Assembly (NCBI GenBank): GCA_963733195.1
Contig: CAVTCR010000033.1
Location: 32,001 to 96,000, forward strand
Direction of reading: 5' to 3'
DNA length: 64,000 nt
From: an uncultured delta proteobacterium
Lineage (GTDB): Bacteria; Desulfobacterota; Binatia; Bin18
Of the stretch, positions 63,615 to 64,000 are shown one piece after another. The notes beneath the pieces are model-generated. The model saw only the letters and a program-made list of their open reading frames with translations, did not search any database and had not been told where the DNA came from. Positions within the stretch are counted from its first letter, which is position 1. Each line of letters begins with the position of its first letter. The position numbers and the translations under genes were made by a program.

Positions 63615-64000
63615 ATGTTGTCTGCTTTGCAGAATGGGAGTCGAGCGTACCAAAGGTGGTGGTCGGCCATATTAGTATGTTCCACGGTAACCTTTTTTCC
63701 TGGACAAGCTGTGGCCCGGTTCGCGAGTCGGTTCTCGCTATCCGTAGGAGAAGAGTATAATGATAATATTTTTTTCTCAGAGGATAAAACCCACGATTTC
63801 GTTACGGTCATTACCCCAGGATTGCACTTTATCTACGAACCACAGTTTCGTCTAAATTCGCGGTTGACGGTTGACGTGAATGCACCGGCCGAGATTTATG
63901 TACGCCATGGAGAACAAACGAATATTGGAGACCGCTTCTCACTTCGTACTCGCTATTATTATCCATACTCGCAAAATCTTACTTTCTCGATAAGTGACAA
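63615..64000 (+). CDS. Outer-membrane beta-barrel protein of the EPS-locus type (3' truncated by window)
   Basis: Frame open from ATG 63615 to the window end: signal peptide, then SVGEEYNDNIFFSEDKTHDFVTVITPGL; absent from the ORF track. Confidence 0.75.
   Translation, partial: MLSALQNGSRAYQRWWSAILVCSTVTFFPGQAVARFASRFSLSVGEEYNDNIFFSEDKTHDFVTVITPGLHFIYEPQFRLNSRLTVDVNAPAEIYVRHGEQTNIGDRFSLRTRYYYPYSQNLTFSISD

Overview
A roughly 52-55% GC bacterial chromosomal window (GC estimated by eye). The gene content (paralogous amidohydrolases, LLM monooxygenases, family III CoA-transferases, SDRs, and a zinc-ribbon/cyclase/AAA/TPR protein) resembles Ca. Binatia or other Deltaproteobacteria-like soil lineages; this taxonomy is inference. 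From left to right: the 3' end of katG with an IS66 remnant; a NarL-type two-component pair; a long + strand catabolic run (8-53 kb) interrupted by three toxin-antitoxin modules and a heavily frameshifted STAND-cyclase; peptidoglycan remodelling genes; murI-secA-argJ; and the start of an ExeA-ATPase/outer-membrane beta-barrel locus. The ORF track misses or does not explain five things. (1) A SelW/Rdx selenoprotein (CxxU) with a SECIS-like hairpin at 42286-42522. (2) A ~270-nt structured + strand RNA candidate at 12125-12392. (3) A SecA whose variable region is expanded to ~290 aa with a tyrosine heptad. (4) Degenerate heptamer arrays of many families after stop codons, which also build the linker of a protein. 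(5) A cytochrome c'-like protein with ANAYH in place of CxxCH. Several genes, including argJ, carry single-base frameshifts that are most likely sequencing or assembly errors. I saw no rRNA, tRNA or CRISPR array.
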